DNA of 64,000 nt, taken from NCBI GenBank assembly GCA_965213715.1, contig OZ243914.1, positions 322,964 through 386,963 on the forward strand. Reading direction: 5' to 3'. Shown piece by piece: positions 31,854-40,349 of the stretch. The notes beneath the pieces are model-generated. The model did no database searches. It was not told the origin of the DNA and was given only the letters and a program-made list of their open reading frames with translations. The number at the start of each line of letters is the position of its first letter. Position 1 is the stretch's first letter. The stretch comes from Nitrospirales bacterium. Lineage in GTDB: Bacteria > Nitrospirota > Nitrospiria > Nitrospirales > UBA8639. The translations under genes and the position numbers were made by a program.

Positions 31854-32223
31854 CTACCTTTCGCCATAGGTGTCGGCATAATGCTCTTGTGCGGCCTTCA
31901 GTCTGCGTCTGACGAGATCAAGTTCCTGCTTCGAGGTTGCAATCCCCTGTTTAGCCTTCTTTTGAAAGGCATGGAGGACATAGATGGCTGCTTTGAACCG
32001 GACCGTGTACACCGTCCGATAGGTATCCCCTTCTTGACGTGAGACGACCTCCAGGATGTTAGCGCCAAATCCCCTGAGCGGCTTGACATCGCGATGTTTG
32101 AGTCCCACTTGCGCTCTGATACAGAGCAAAGCCGACCTGGTCCTGCACGGCTAGGGGAAATTTCTTCAGGTCCGCCTTGCTCGAACCGACCCACTCGACA
32201 GGCTTTAGTTCGTTTAGCACCAC
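31854..32223 (-). pseudogene. higB: HigB/Gp49-like RelE-superfamily toxin gene with a 1-nt frameshift
   Basis: The C-terminal frame (track ORF 31854-32129) reads ...KHRDVKPLRGFGANILEVVSRQEGDTYRTVYTVRFKAAIYVLHAFQKKAKQGIATSKQELDL. The N-terminal 36 codons (VVLNELKPVEWVGSSKADLKKFPLAVQDQVGFALYQ) are in a different frame starting at a GTG at 32223. Removing one base near 32115 restores FALYQAQVGLKHRDVKPL. Confidence 0.75.
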
Positions 32224-32357
32224 ATCCAATTATAGTGATTTCACCATATTTGAGCAAGTCCACATAGGAAGCTACCACTCCCCGATTACATCGTCGGGAA
32301 TGATTACTTAAAAATAGCGGCATGAGATGCCGCGGCTACATACAAGGCAAAGGCAAA

Positions 32358-32396
32358 GACGCTGGATCTTCGATTAAAAATGTCGAGGATGACAGA
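32358..32396 (+). repeat. hairpin repeat P3
   Basis: GACGCTGGATCTTCGATTAAAAATGTCGAGGATGACAGA is a direct repeat of P2 on the other side of the higBA-like module. Confidence 0.75.
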
Positions 32397-32486
32397 CGGA
32401 GGGAACTTGCTCTTGTGCCGGAAGCGTTCTATGGTAGAGAAAATCTTGACTGATTCCAGAACATCAACGTTTGAAAGAGGACTCGA

Positions 32487-32876
32487 ATGATGAAACACTC
32501 AGTATTGTCTCTGGTCATTGTTGCAAGCGGAATCCTGTTCATGAACGGCACGGTGGTCTATGCCGACCCCCGGACCGAATCGATCTGCAATCTGGGAATG
32601 GTGAAGGGAGAGCAAGGCCGCACGTGTGAAGTCCCGATCCCGTCGGGATGCAAGGTCGCAAATTTCCCGGGGTATGATGATCCGTGGGTCGATATCTCCA
32701 AGGGCGGCAAAACAAGCTGTGTGATAGACGAAAAACAAACCGACTGGACAACCAAGATCGTGGGTTCCTGTAGTGCCTGCGGCACGGACAATTGTTCGGC
32801 CCGGTTCAGCGTGATGTTCGCGTGCGACGACAGTCAACCCATGACCACTCAACCGAGAAAAGTCTACAAAGATTAG
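32487..32876 (+). CDS. secreted cysteine-rich hypothetical protein
   Basis: The 129-aa product has the signal peptide MMKHSVLSLVIVASGILFMNGTVVYA and 9 Cys in the mature part (CNLG..CEVPIPSGC..CVID..CSACGTDNC..FAC). Confidence 0.6.
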   Translation: MMKHSVLSLVIVASGILFMNGTVVYADPRTESICNLGMVKGEQGRTCEVPIPSGCKVANFPGYDDPWVDISKGGKTSCVIDEKQTDWTTKIVGSCSACGTDNCSARFSVMFACDDSQPMTTQPRKVYKD

Positions 32877-32880
32877 ACAG

Positions 32881-33927
32881 GTGCAATCCGTGTCGCTTGG
32901 TCCCTCACCCCAACCCTCTCCTGCAGGGAGAGGAAGCAACTGCGTGTCATCGACAACTCATCTTCTTAAACAGGCCGCTCTTGATCAGGGGTTTGATGCG
33001 GTCGGCATCGCCCGTATCCCGTCGTCAACCACTGACCAGGATGGCTCTCCGCCCAGTCATTCCCCTACCAACTTGCTCGACCGCCTGCAATCCTGGCTGA
33101 CCCAAGGCTACCACGGCACCATGGAGTGGATGCAGCGCACTCCGGAACGCCGTGCCGACCCCACACAGGTCTTACCCCACTGTCGTTCGATTATTGCCCT
33201 CGGTCTCAATTACTGGACCGCCGTTGTACCGGATGAGCGCCAGGGCAACGGCCGGATTGCCCGGTACGCCTGGGGTGAAGACTACCACCGCATATTCAAG
33301 AAAAAACTCAACCAGCTTGAACGCGTGCTCAAGGCTCTCGAACCGAATTGTGCCACGCGCAGCTACGCGGATACAGGCCCGGTGATGGAAAAATTCTGGG
33401 CGCAACAAGCCGGTTTGGGGTGGATTGGCAAACATTCCAATCTCGTCTCCCCGACTTTTGGTTCGTGGTTGCTGCTCGGAGAAATTTTGACCACCGCGGA
33501 GTTGGAGGCCGATGAACCCGGCGCCGATCTCTGTGGGACCTGTACTCTATGCGTGCAAGCCTGTCCGACCGGAGCGATTGCCGAATCCTACGTCGTCGAT
33601 GCGACAAAATGTATTTCTTATCTCACCATCGAATACCGCGGAGACGGGCCTTCACTGGATGAGAACCTGCAAACCCGCATGGGGAACCGCATTTTCGGTT
33701 GTGATGATTGTCTGGACGTATGCCCGTATAACGCGTTCGCTCCGGCAACAAACGAACCAAGCATGCAACCCACGGACCTGACGCAAGGCCCAAACCTGTC
33801 ACGGCTCTCGGCATTGAGCGAAGAAGATTTTTCCCGAACCTTTGCCCATTCCCCTATCCGGCGCGCGAAGTTTTCAGGATTCCAACGCAACCTGGCCATT
33901 GCCTTGAAGAACGAACCGCTGCCCTGA
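32881..33927 (+). CDS. queG: epoxyqueuosine reductase QueG
   Basis: The 4Fe-4S motifs CGTCTLCVQACPTGAI and CDDCLDVCPYN are present. The first ~20 codons of the track ORF overlap a REP hairpin, so a GTG start near 32945 (VSSTTHLLKQAA) is more likely. Confidence 0.88.
   Translation: MQSVSLGPSPQPSPAGRGSNCVSSTTHLLKQAALDQGFDAVGIARIPSSTTDQDGSPPSHSPTNLLDRLQSWLTQGYHGTMEWMQRTPERRADPTQVLPHCRSIIALGLNYWTAVVPDERQGNGRIARYAWGEDYHRIFKKKLNQLERVLKALEPNCATRSYADTGPVMEKFWAQQAGLGWIGKHSNLVSPTFGSWLLLGEILTTAELEADEPGADLCGTCTLCVQACPTGAIAESYVVDATKCISYLTIEYRGDGPSLDENLQTRMGNRIFGCDDCLDVCPYNAFAPATNEPSMQPTDLTQGPNLSRLSALSEEDFSRTFAHSPIRRAKFSGFQRNLAIALKNEPLP
32902..32934 (+). repeat. REP-like element, family 2, copy d
   Basis: CCCTCACCCCAACCCTCTCCTGCAGGGAGAGGA has the perfect hairpin CCTCTCC-TGCA-GGGAGAGG. 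It is translated as SPQPSPAGRGS in the track's queG N-terminus. Confidence 0.65.
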
Positions 33928-33940
33928 ACGCCCCCGCTGT

Positions 33941-36355
33941 CTACGTCAACTCCGCCATTGTTACGCCGTCGCCCCCTTCTTCCTGATTCCCGGGTCGATA
34001 CACGGCTACGTATGCCGACTGCGCAAGGAATTCTCGAATCGCGGCCTTGAGTTTCCCGGTCCCATGCCCATGAATGATCCGGACAGACTTGGTATTCCGC
34101 AGCAAAGCCTGGTCCAATTGGGCCGTCAATTGCTCAAGGGCTTCTTCCGCAGTCCGTCCCCGCAAATCGATACCGGCGAAATTCGACGCCGCGGCTCCCA
34201 ACCCTGCGCTTCCGCTTAATCGTGACGACGGCGTCGTCACGCACGGCGTGGAACGTTTTTCTTGCGGGACAACGTCCGGCGCACTCCCCGCTTGACCGAC
34301 GCCCACAAGCCGCTCCACGTGGACAGATAGTTCGGATGACCCAACCTGCACACGAACGGATTTCTTCCCCTCAGGCTTTTCCAGTAACCGGCCCAGCGTG
34401 TCCAGGTTGGCGATTTCTACCACGTCGCCTTCTTCAAGAGATGCAACCGGAACGGATTCCGATACCGTGTGTCGAGTGATAGTCGCGTCCACTTGGTGCA
34501 ACAAGTGCTGCGCCTCCTGTGCATGACTCCACGTCCGTTGCCGTTGTAATGACTCGGTGATCCGTCGAACCTCGACACGGGCCGTCGCCAATTCCTCCCG
34601 AAATTTCTTTTTCATTTTTTTGATTTCATCGCGTTCAATGGACCGCAATCGTTCCGCGATTGTCTGGGCCTCCGCTGCCTCGCGGCCGGCTGTTTCTCGC
34701 TGGCTCCTGGCTTCGTCAAGTTCTTCCTTCAATGCTTGATGGGTGCGTTGCAGGTCCGTGAACACGTGATCGAGTTGCCGGTCTTCACGATTAACCAGAT
34801 TCAGCGCCTGGGTGAGAATCGACGGATCCATCCCCAAACGCCCGGCGATATCCAGCGCGGAGGACCCACCGGGGATGCCAGGGATAAACCGGTAGGTTGG
34901 CGCCAGCGTATTGACGTCGAATTCGAGGCTCGCGTTCAAAAATCCCGGCGTTGAAAGGGCCAACGTCTTCAGGGCATTGTAGTGCGTCGTCACGACGACC
35001 TTGAGATTGAGTTCGGCAAAACGGCGAAGCAGCGCCTCGGCCAAGGCCGCGCCTTCAGCGGGATCGGTTGAACTGATGACTTCGTCCAGGAGCACCAGCG
35101 TTTGCGGAGACTCCCCGCCGGTACGATGTTCAATGCTCTTGAGCAAACCAATCAGTTTTCTGATATGCGCGGAAAAACTGGAGAGGTCCTTGGTCAGATC
35201 CTGCGCATCGCCGATGTCTGCGAAGGTTTCCTCGAAAAACGCCATCTCCGATCCGTCCCCGCACGGCAAATGAAGCCCGCCGCGTACCATCAGACTGTAA
35301 AGGCCCAGCAGCTTCAGCAGCACGGTTTTTCCACCGGTATTGGGACCGGAAATGACCAACACGGCGGAATCCCGCTCGAACATGACGTCGTTGGGCACGA
35401 CTTGTTCTTTCGTCAACAGCAACAAGGGGTGCAGGGCCTTCCATAAACGAACGTGCCCGTCCGTATTGAGACGGACCGGCACACCGTTCATGCGGGTGCT
35501 CAGGCGCGCCTTGGCTCCGATACAGTCCAAGGTGGCCAGGATCTGCAACAGGTTCCGCAACTCATCCAGGTGCAGCACAACCCGGCTCGTGAGTTCCTGC
35601 AGGATGCGGGTGATTTCCCGGTCGACCTGAAGCTCGGCAACTTTGATCTGATTGTTCAGGTCGATGAGTTCACGAGGTTCCATGAACACCGTGGCGCCAC
35701 TCGCCGACATGTCATGTACGATCCCGGGAAGATCATGCTGGCGCTCGGCCTTGACCGGCAGGACGTACCGGTTCTCCCGTTGCGCATAGTACGGTTCCTG
35801 CAACAACTCCCTGTAGCGTGAAGACGCCACCATGTTCTCCATGCGCTGGCGTATACGGTGCTTCAACCCCTGTGAAAGACGGAGGGCCTCATACAATGCC
35901 GGTGAAGCGTGGTCGAGTATTTCCCCTTCCGCGCTCACGCATCTATCGATTTCCTCCCGCAGTTCAGAAAGGTCCGGCAGGGATCCATAATAGGCAAACA
36001 GGGCCGGCGCGGCCTCTTGATTCGCCAGGAGACAACGCCTCACTGCTCCGGTCACGCTGATGAGAACAGAAACATCCCTCAATGTCTGAAGAGCCAGGAT
36101 GCCGCCTTTTTCAGCTTTATGCAGGGCTTGTGACGAGTCTTCGAATTGCACCGCGGGAAACGACACCGCGGCATACTGCAACTCCAGCATATCCGTCGTT
36201 TCCTGCATGCGACGTTGCACAAGTGCGAGCGAGGCCTCCAACGGCAATCGCCGGCACAACGCAGCTCCCGACGCCGAATGCGCCTGTGCGGCCAACGCCT
36301 CCAGGATTTGCGGCCATTCAAGGGCTTGTTGCGTTTCAGAAAGGTGGTCTGACAC
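33941..36355 (-). CDS. mutS2: endonuclease MutS2 (MutS domain V plus Smr)
   Basis: The Walker A motif ISGPNTGGKTVLLK, the segment LVLLDEVISSTDP, and the C-terminal Smr motif IIHGHGTGKLK are present. Confidence 0.92.
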   Translation of the reverse strand: MSDHLSETQQALEWPQILEALAAQAHSASGAALCRRLPLEASLALVQRRMQETTDMLELQYAAVSFPAVQFEDSSQALHKAEKGGILALQTLRDVSVLISVTGAVRRCLLANQEAAPALFAYYGSLPDLSELREEIDRCVSAEGEILDHASPALYEALRLSQGLKHRIRQRMENMVASSRYRELLQEPYYAQRENRYVLPVKAERQHDLPGIVHDMSASGATVFMEPRELIDLNNQIKVAELQVDREITRILQELTSRVVLHLDELRNLLQILATLDCIGAKARLSTRMNGVPVRLNTDGHVRLWKALHPLLLLTKEQVVPNDVMFERDSAVLVISGPNTGGKTVLLKLLGLYSLMVRGGLHLPCGDGSEMAFFEETFADIGDAQDLTKDLSSFSAHIRKLIGLLKSIEHRTGGESPQTLVLLDEVISSTDPAEGAALAEALLRRFAELNLKVVVTTHYNALKTLALSTPGFLNASLEFDVNTLAPTYRFIPGIPGGSSALDIAGRLGMDPSILTQALNLVNREDRQLDHVFTDLQRTHQALKEELDEARSQRETAGREAAEAQTIAERLRSIERDEIKKMKKKFREELATARVEVRRITESLQRQRTWSHAQEAQHLLHQVDATITRHTVSESVPVASLEEGDVVEIANLDTLGRLLEKPEGKKSVRVQVGSSELSVHVERLVGVGQAGSAPDVVPQEKRSTPCVTTPSSRLSGSAGLGAAASNFAGIDLRGRTAEEALEQLTAQLDQALLRNTKSVRIIHGHGTGKLKAAIREFLAQSAYVAVYRPGNQEEGGDGVTMAELT

Positions 36356-36697
36356 GAGGATGATAGATGGGGTTTCCTTGCCTGCCTAGAATAACGAAGT
36401 CGCCAACGAAACGAAAGGGGCAATCTGGTTGCGGCACCCAAGGTAAGATACGCTACAAGGTCAGGCACCAGACCGCCCGGACATGATGTTCAGCCGGCAA
36501 TCCGAGTTTTCTGTCGCCCTGACAGCTTTTGATATTTCTTAAATTTTTAATGTTTTGCTTTAAATTATGATCATGGCCTGTCTTTATGCACTCTTGTCAG
36601 CAGGACTCGACAAAACGTACAGTAGCTGCCATTGGATGCCTTGTATGGTGGACTTGGAGAGCATGATACGTAGCAAAAACTTTCGAGGTCATTTATT

Positions 36698-37414
36698 GTG
36701 ACCGGCATTCTTCTGTTGGGGCTTTTGATCGGCATGCAGCATGCGTTGGAGGCTGATCACGTGGCGGCTGTGTCGTCGCTTTGCACGGGCAAGCAATCGG
36801 CTCGCAGGATCGCTACCCATGGCGCGGTGTGGGGCCTGGGCCATTCGTTGACCCTGCTGATCGTTGCCGGTGCGGCTGTCTTTTTGGATCTGCGGTTGGG
36901 TGAGACTCTGGCCCAAGTGCTGGAGTCTGTGGTTGGCGTGATGCTGATCTTATTGGGCGGGCAGGTGCTTGTTCGCCTATGGCGCGACCGGCTCCATTTT
37001 CATACCCACCGCCACGTCGATGGCCGAGTCCATTTCCACGTTCACAGTCATCAGGGTGAGAACGGAGGCCACGATCCCGACCGTCACGTGCATGCCCATG
37101 AAAGCAAGCTGCCTCTACGGACGCTGCTGGTGGGGATGGTTCACGGCTTGGCCGGGTCGGCGGCTTTGGTGGTCCTGACCGCCTCGACCGTGCAGGATCC
37201 GGTCATGGGCCTGCTTTACATCGCGCTGTTCGGACTTGGGTCGATTGCCGGCATGACGGTACTGTCTTCGTTGCTCGCCGTCCCTTTGGCCTGGACCGCG
37301 CAGGCTTTCACGTGGACTCACCGCAGCCTTCAAGCAGGCGTTGGGCTCGCCACGATAGCGCTCGGTTCGATGTTGCTGGTGGAGGCTGGAGTTGCGTTCC
37401 TTCCACAAACCTGA
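36698..37414 (+). CDS. nickel/cobalt transporter-like membrane protein (NicO/RcnA/UreH-like)
   Basis: GMQHALEADHVAAV (HxxxADH motif) lies in TM1. A central His-rich loop reads HFHTHRHVDGRVHFHVHSHQGENGGHDPDRHVHAHE. There are six TM helices and a GTG start. Confidence 0.75.
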   Translation: MTGILLLGLLIGMQHALEADHVAAVSSLCTGKQSARRIATHGAVWGLGHSLTLLIVAGAAVFLDLRLGETLAQVLESVVGVMLILLGGQVLVRLWRDRLHFHTHRHVDGRVHFHVHSHQGENGGHDPDRHVHAHESKLPLRTLLVGMVHGLAGSAALVVLTASTVQDPVMGLLYIALFGLGSIAGMTVLSSLLAVPLAWTAQAFTWTHRSLQAGVGLATIALGSMLLVEAGVAFLPQT

Positions 37415-37444
37415 GCAGAGATCAGGAAACCACAGGTTCAGACC

Positions 37445-38668
37445 ATGACCCAGGATGAAGCCCGTTCGTATCTGAATTATCTTCTGACGTTGAGTCTCCG
37501 CCGGGAAGAGGCGTTTGGCCCGTTGGCGATCACGTTTCTGCGCGAACAGGACCTGACGGCTCTCGGCATCGCTCCGGAAGAACAGTTCAGCCTGCTGATC
37601 GCCACGATCCAGGCCATTGCCCCGGAACCCAAACGGTATTCGCTGAAATTGGAATTGCTCCAAAAGGCCCGTCAATTGCTCTCGACCACGCGGTTCTTCG
37701 ACCCCGGATTGGACAAGGACCTGGAGCATGATATTCAGAAAACCACTGCCGAGTTGGCTATCTATAACGACGCCATGAAGCCGTCCCGGAATGCGTCGGT
37801 CGATCGTCACACGTTGATTGTCGAGACGGATCTTCCGGACTATTTTCTGGATCTGGCCCAAAAACGAGCCGGGGCGTATTACCAGAATAAATACCGGCTA
37901 ACCAAGGAGGCCAAGACCGCACAACATTTCGGCGGCACGCCCAAGCGATTTGAGCCTGACAATGAAGCCCTGCATAAGGAATTTCCCGGCGCCTGCGCGC
38001 CCTTCATGGCCGTTCGGACGAACGGGTTTCATATGATGCTTCCCTTCGACCTGAAGATCAGCCGGCGCCCCGATGACCCACTGGAAGCGGGCATCCGGAT
38101 TTTTTACGCGAAAATGGGGTATTCGTATCCTCTCCGGTACGAAATGGGTAAGCTGTGCAGTTATCACGACGGGCAAGTCTATAATATTGCCTTGGACGAC
38201 CCCAACCTCTTATTCGTGTCCTTTTCCGGCATCAAGGATGCCGAGTTTTCATCCCAGTCCGTGCCGGCTTCCGGAGATGTGCCTCCGGAATACGCCTATC
38301 CCCTCGCCGTACTCGAGCATACCGGCAGCCTCGGACCGTTCATTCAGGTCAGTTGTAATTTCAAAGTTTGGTTCGACGCCTCCAAGGTGGCCGTCCTGAT
38401 CCAGGGCGCACCGGACCTGTACGAATACGGACTTCAAGGCGGCGCGGGGCTGATGACCAGATCGTACGCCTCGGACAAGGTCCCGACCTATGCGGAAGCC
38501 CAATCCCAACCCTGGCAGGAAGGACTGAGTTTTAATTTCGTGAATCTCCATCTGACCTTGAGCCCGGGAACGGACACGGGCCTTATTCCGCACAGCACGC
38601 CGATCTTCACGGTTTTTCCCGTCCTGAGCAAACAAAGCTACAAATTCGACCAGTTGGCGTCTCAATAG
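37445..38668 (+). CDS. 407-aa hypothetical protein (C-terminal DUF6065-like beta-rich domain?)
   Basis: It is an uninterrupted ORF 30 nt after the transporter gene. The C-terminal half (CAPFMAVRTNGFHMMLPFDLKI ... LIQGAPDLYEYGL ... FNFVNLHL ... TPIFTVFPV) resembles my memory of DUF6065. The N-terminal 150 aa are unassigned. Confidence 0.65.
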   Translation: MTQDEARSYLNYLLTLSLRREEAFGPLAITFLREQDLTALGIAPEEQFSLLIATIQAIAPEPKRYSLKLELLQKARQLLSTTRFFDPGLDKDLEHDIQKTTAELAIYNDAMKPSRNASVDRHTLIVETDLPDYFLDLAQKRAGAYYQNKYRLTKEAKTAQHFGGTPKRFEPDNEALHKEFPGACAPFMAVRTNGFHMMLPFDLKISRRPDDPLEAGIRIFYAKMGYSYPLRYEMGKLCSYHDGQVYNIALDDPNLLFVSFSGIKDAEFSSQSVPASGDVPPEYAYPLAVLEHTGSLGPFIQVSCNFKVWFDASKVAVLIQGAPDLYEYGLQGGAGLMTRSYASDKVPTYAEAQSQPWQEGLSFNFVNLHLTLSPGTDTGLIPHSTPIFTVFPVLSKQSYKFDQLASQ

Positions 38669-39047
38669 GTTTGGCGCAACCACGCATGCCCCCGCACAGG
38701 GGCTGTCCCTACGACAACTCCAGACGTCGTCCGGCATCTCCCCGTAGAGGACGGCCCTCGTGCCGTCCTGAATCATTGCCGCCGGGTCATTGAAAAGACG
38801 ATTCCTCTTATAAAAAATACGAGCACCCTTGATACGGAATTCGGTCTTGTGCTAGGGTTTTGTCCATTCAATGGATGACGACGGTCCCAGACGATATTTT
38901 CGTCACCAGCACACGAATCTCTACCCGTCTTGTTCGTTTTTCTTTGTCTATTTCCCAGCACATGATCGGTACAAAGCAAAGAGGTTGATTTCTCTATGCT
39001 TTCGAGGCCTCCGGTCCCCTGTCAGGGGTGTGCTCTGATTTGATCCC

Positions 39048-40328
39048 ATGGAATACATCGCCATTGTGATCTGCTTGCTGCTTTCCGGCTTGTTTTCAGG
39101 AGCGGAAATCGCATTCTTTTCCCTTTCCGAGACCAAGTTGCAAACCATGGCAGAGGAAGGTCGCCGGCGAGCGAAACTGGCGCTTTCCCTCAGACAGAAT
39201 CCCCAGCGACTGCTTTCAACCATCCTGATTGGAAACAACGTCGTCAACCTGACGGCCGCCGCGTTGATTTCCATGGTCACGTTTGAACATTTCGGCTCCG
39301 AAGCCGTTGCGATTGCGACGGGAGGGTTGACGATTTTTGTGCTGATTTTCGGAGAGATCATCCCCAAGACGCTATCCACCAAACACGCACCCTCCGCCGT
39401 CCAATTCTTCGCGTACATGATTTATTGGATGGAAAAACTCTTTGCTCCGGTCCTGTTCCTGTTGGAACCCCTGATTCTGAAATTGACCGGAGGACGAGGG
39501 CTGGCTGTCCCATTCGTGACAAAAGAGGAACTGAAAATCATGATCGAGACCGGAGGGAAAACCGGGGTACTCGAGACCGAAAAGGTCGAGATGATCAAAA
39601 ACCTTTTCGAGTTCACCGAGCTCACGGCCAGGGACGTGATGACCCCGAGAATTGACACCGTCGTTATCGACAGCAATCTGTCTTTGGACGAAGCCAAAGA
39701 CGACCTGTTCAATACCAAACATTCACGGATTCCCATTTACGATGGTCTCCGCGACAACATCACGGGCATTCTGTATCGTACGCATGCCTTGGTCGAATTG
39801 GCCCAGGGGAATCGCACCGTTAAACTGAAGGAATTGGCCCTCCCCCCGCTCTTCATACCCATTTCCAAGCCGGTCGGTGATCTGTTGAAGCAATTTCAGC
39901 TGGAGAAACGCCACCTTGCGATCGTCGTCAATGAATTCGGCGGGGTTATGGGAATCGTCACCACGGAAGATCTGTTGGAGGAAGTCGTCGGTGATATCCT
40001 CGACGAGACGGACGTCAGCGAAGAACTGATCAAACGGACCGGCAAAAACGAGATTCTGGTGAGCGGTCGAACGGAAGTTCGCAAAATCAATGAATTTCTG
40101 AAGGTGGACTTGGATAAAGACGAAGACGTTGTCTTCTATACCATCAGCGGGCTTATCCAACAACACCTGGGCCATATCCCTGCGGTCGGAGAGAAACTCC
40201 AAGTTGCCGGTTGTCTGTTAACCATCCGGGAAGCCGATAACCGGTCCATCAAGAGCGTCCAGATCTTCAAACAGGAGGACGTGTCCCAAGAAGAACCGGA
40301 ACCCGCCCAAGCCGGCTCCTCTACGTAA
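39048..40328 (+). CDS. CNNM/TlyC-family protein (DUF21 + CBS pair + CorC_HlyC)
   Basis: The N-terminus is LLSGLFSGAEIAFFSLS. A CBS-pair region (ARDVMTPRIDTVVID...IPIYDG...) and a C-terminal transporter-associated domain are present. Confidence 0.88.
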   Translation: MEYIAIVICLLLSGLFSGAEIAFFSLSETKLQTMAEEGRRRAKLALSLRQNPQRLLSTILIGNNVVNLTAAALISMVTFEHFGSEAVAIATGGLTIFVLIFGEIIPKTLSTKHAPSAVQFFAYMIYWMEKLFAPVLFLLEPLILKLTGGRGLAVPFVTKEELKIMIETGGKTGVLETEKVEMIKNLFEFTELTARDVMTPRIDTVVIDSNLSLDEAKDDLFNTKHSRIPIYDGLRDNITGILYRTHALVELAQGNRTVKLKELALPPLFIPISKPVGDLLKQFQLEKRHLAIVVNEFGGVMGIVTTEDLLEEVVGDILDETDVSEELIKRTGKNEILVSGRTEVRKINEFLKVDLDKDEDVVFYTISGLIQQHLGHIPAVGEKLQVAGCLLTIREADNRSIKSVQIFKQEDVSQEEPEPAQAGSST

Positions 40329-40349
40329 CGCCGGACGTTTCGTCTTCTC

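Noticed and set aside
30225-32450. I considered whether this is an integron-like cassette array (attC sites) lacking an integrase.
   Set aside because: The hairpin repeats lack the R''/R' RYYYAAC...GTTRRRY core sites and the extrahelical-base architecture of attC. No intI or attI is present. The cassette-like behaviour is kept as a hypothesis, but not as an integron.
36590-36697. I looked for a NiCo (czcD) riboswitch upstream of the His-rich transporter, and for an M-box upstream of the CNNM gene (38669-39047).
   Set aside because: Only scattered ACAG and CAGC/GCTG pairings occur. The four-way junction conserved cores and the M-box GTTAGGTGAGGCT-type segments are absent. I cannot support either without a covariance-model scan.
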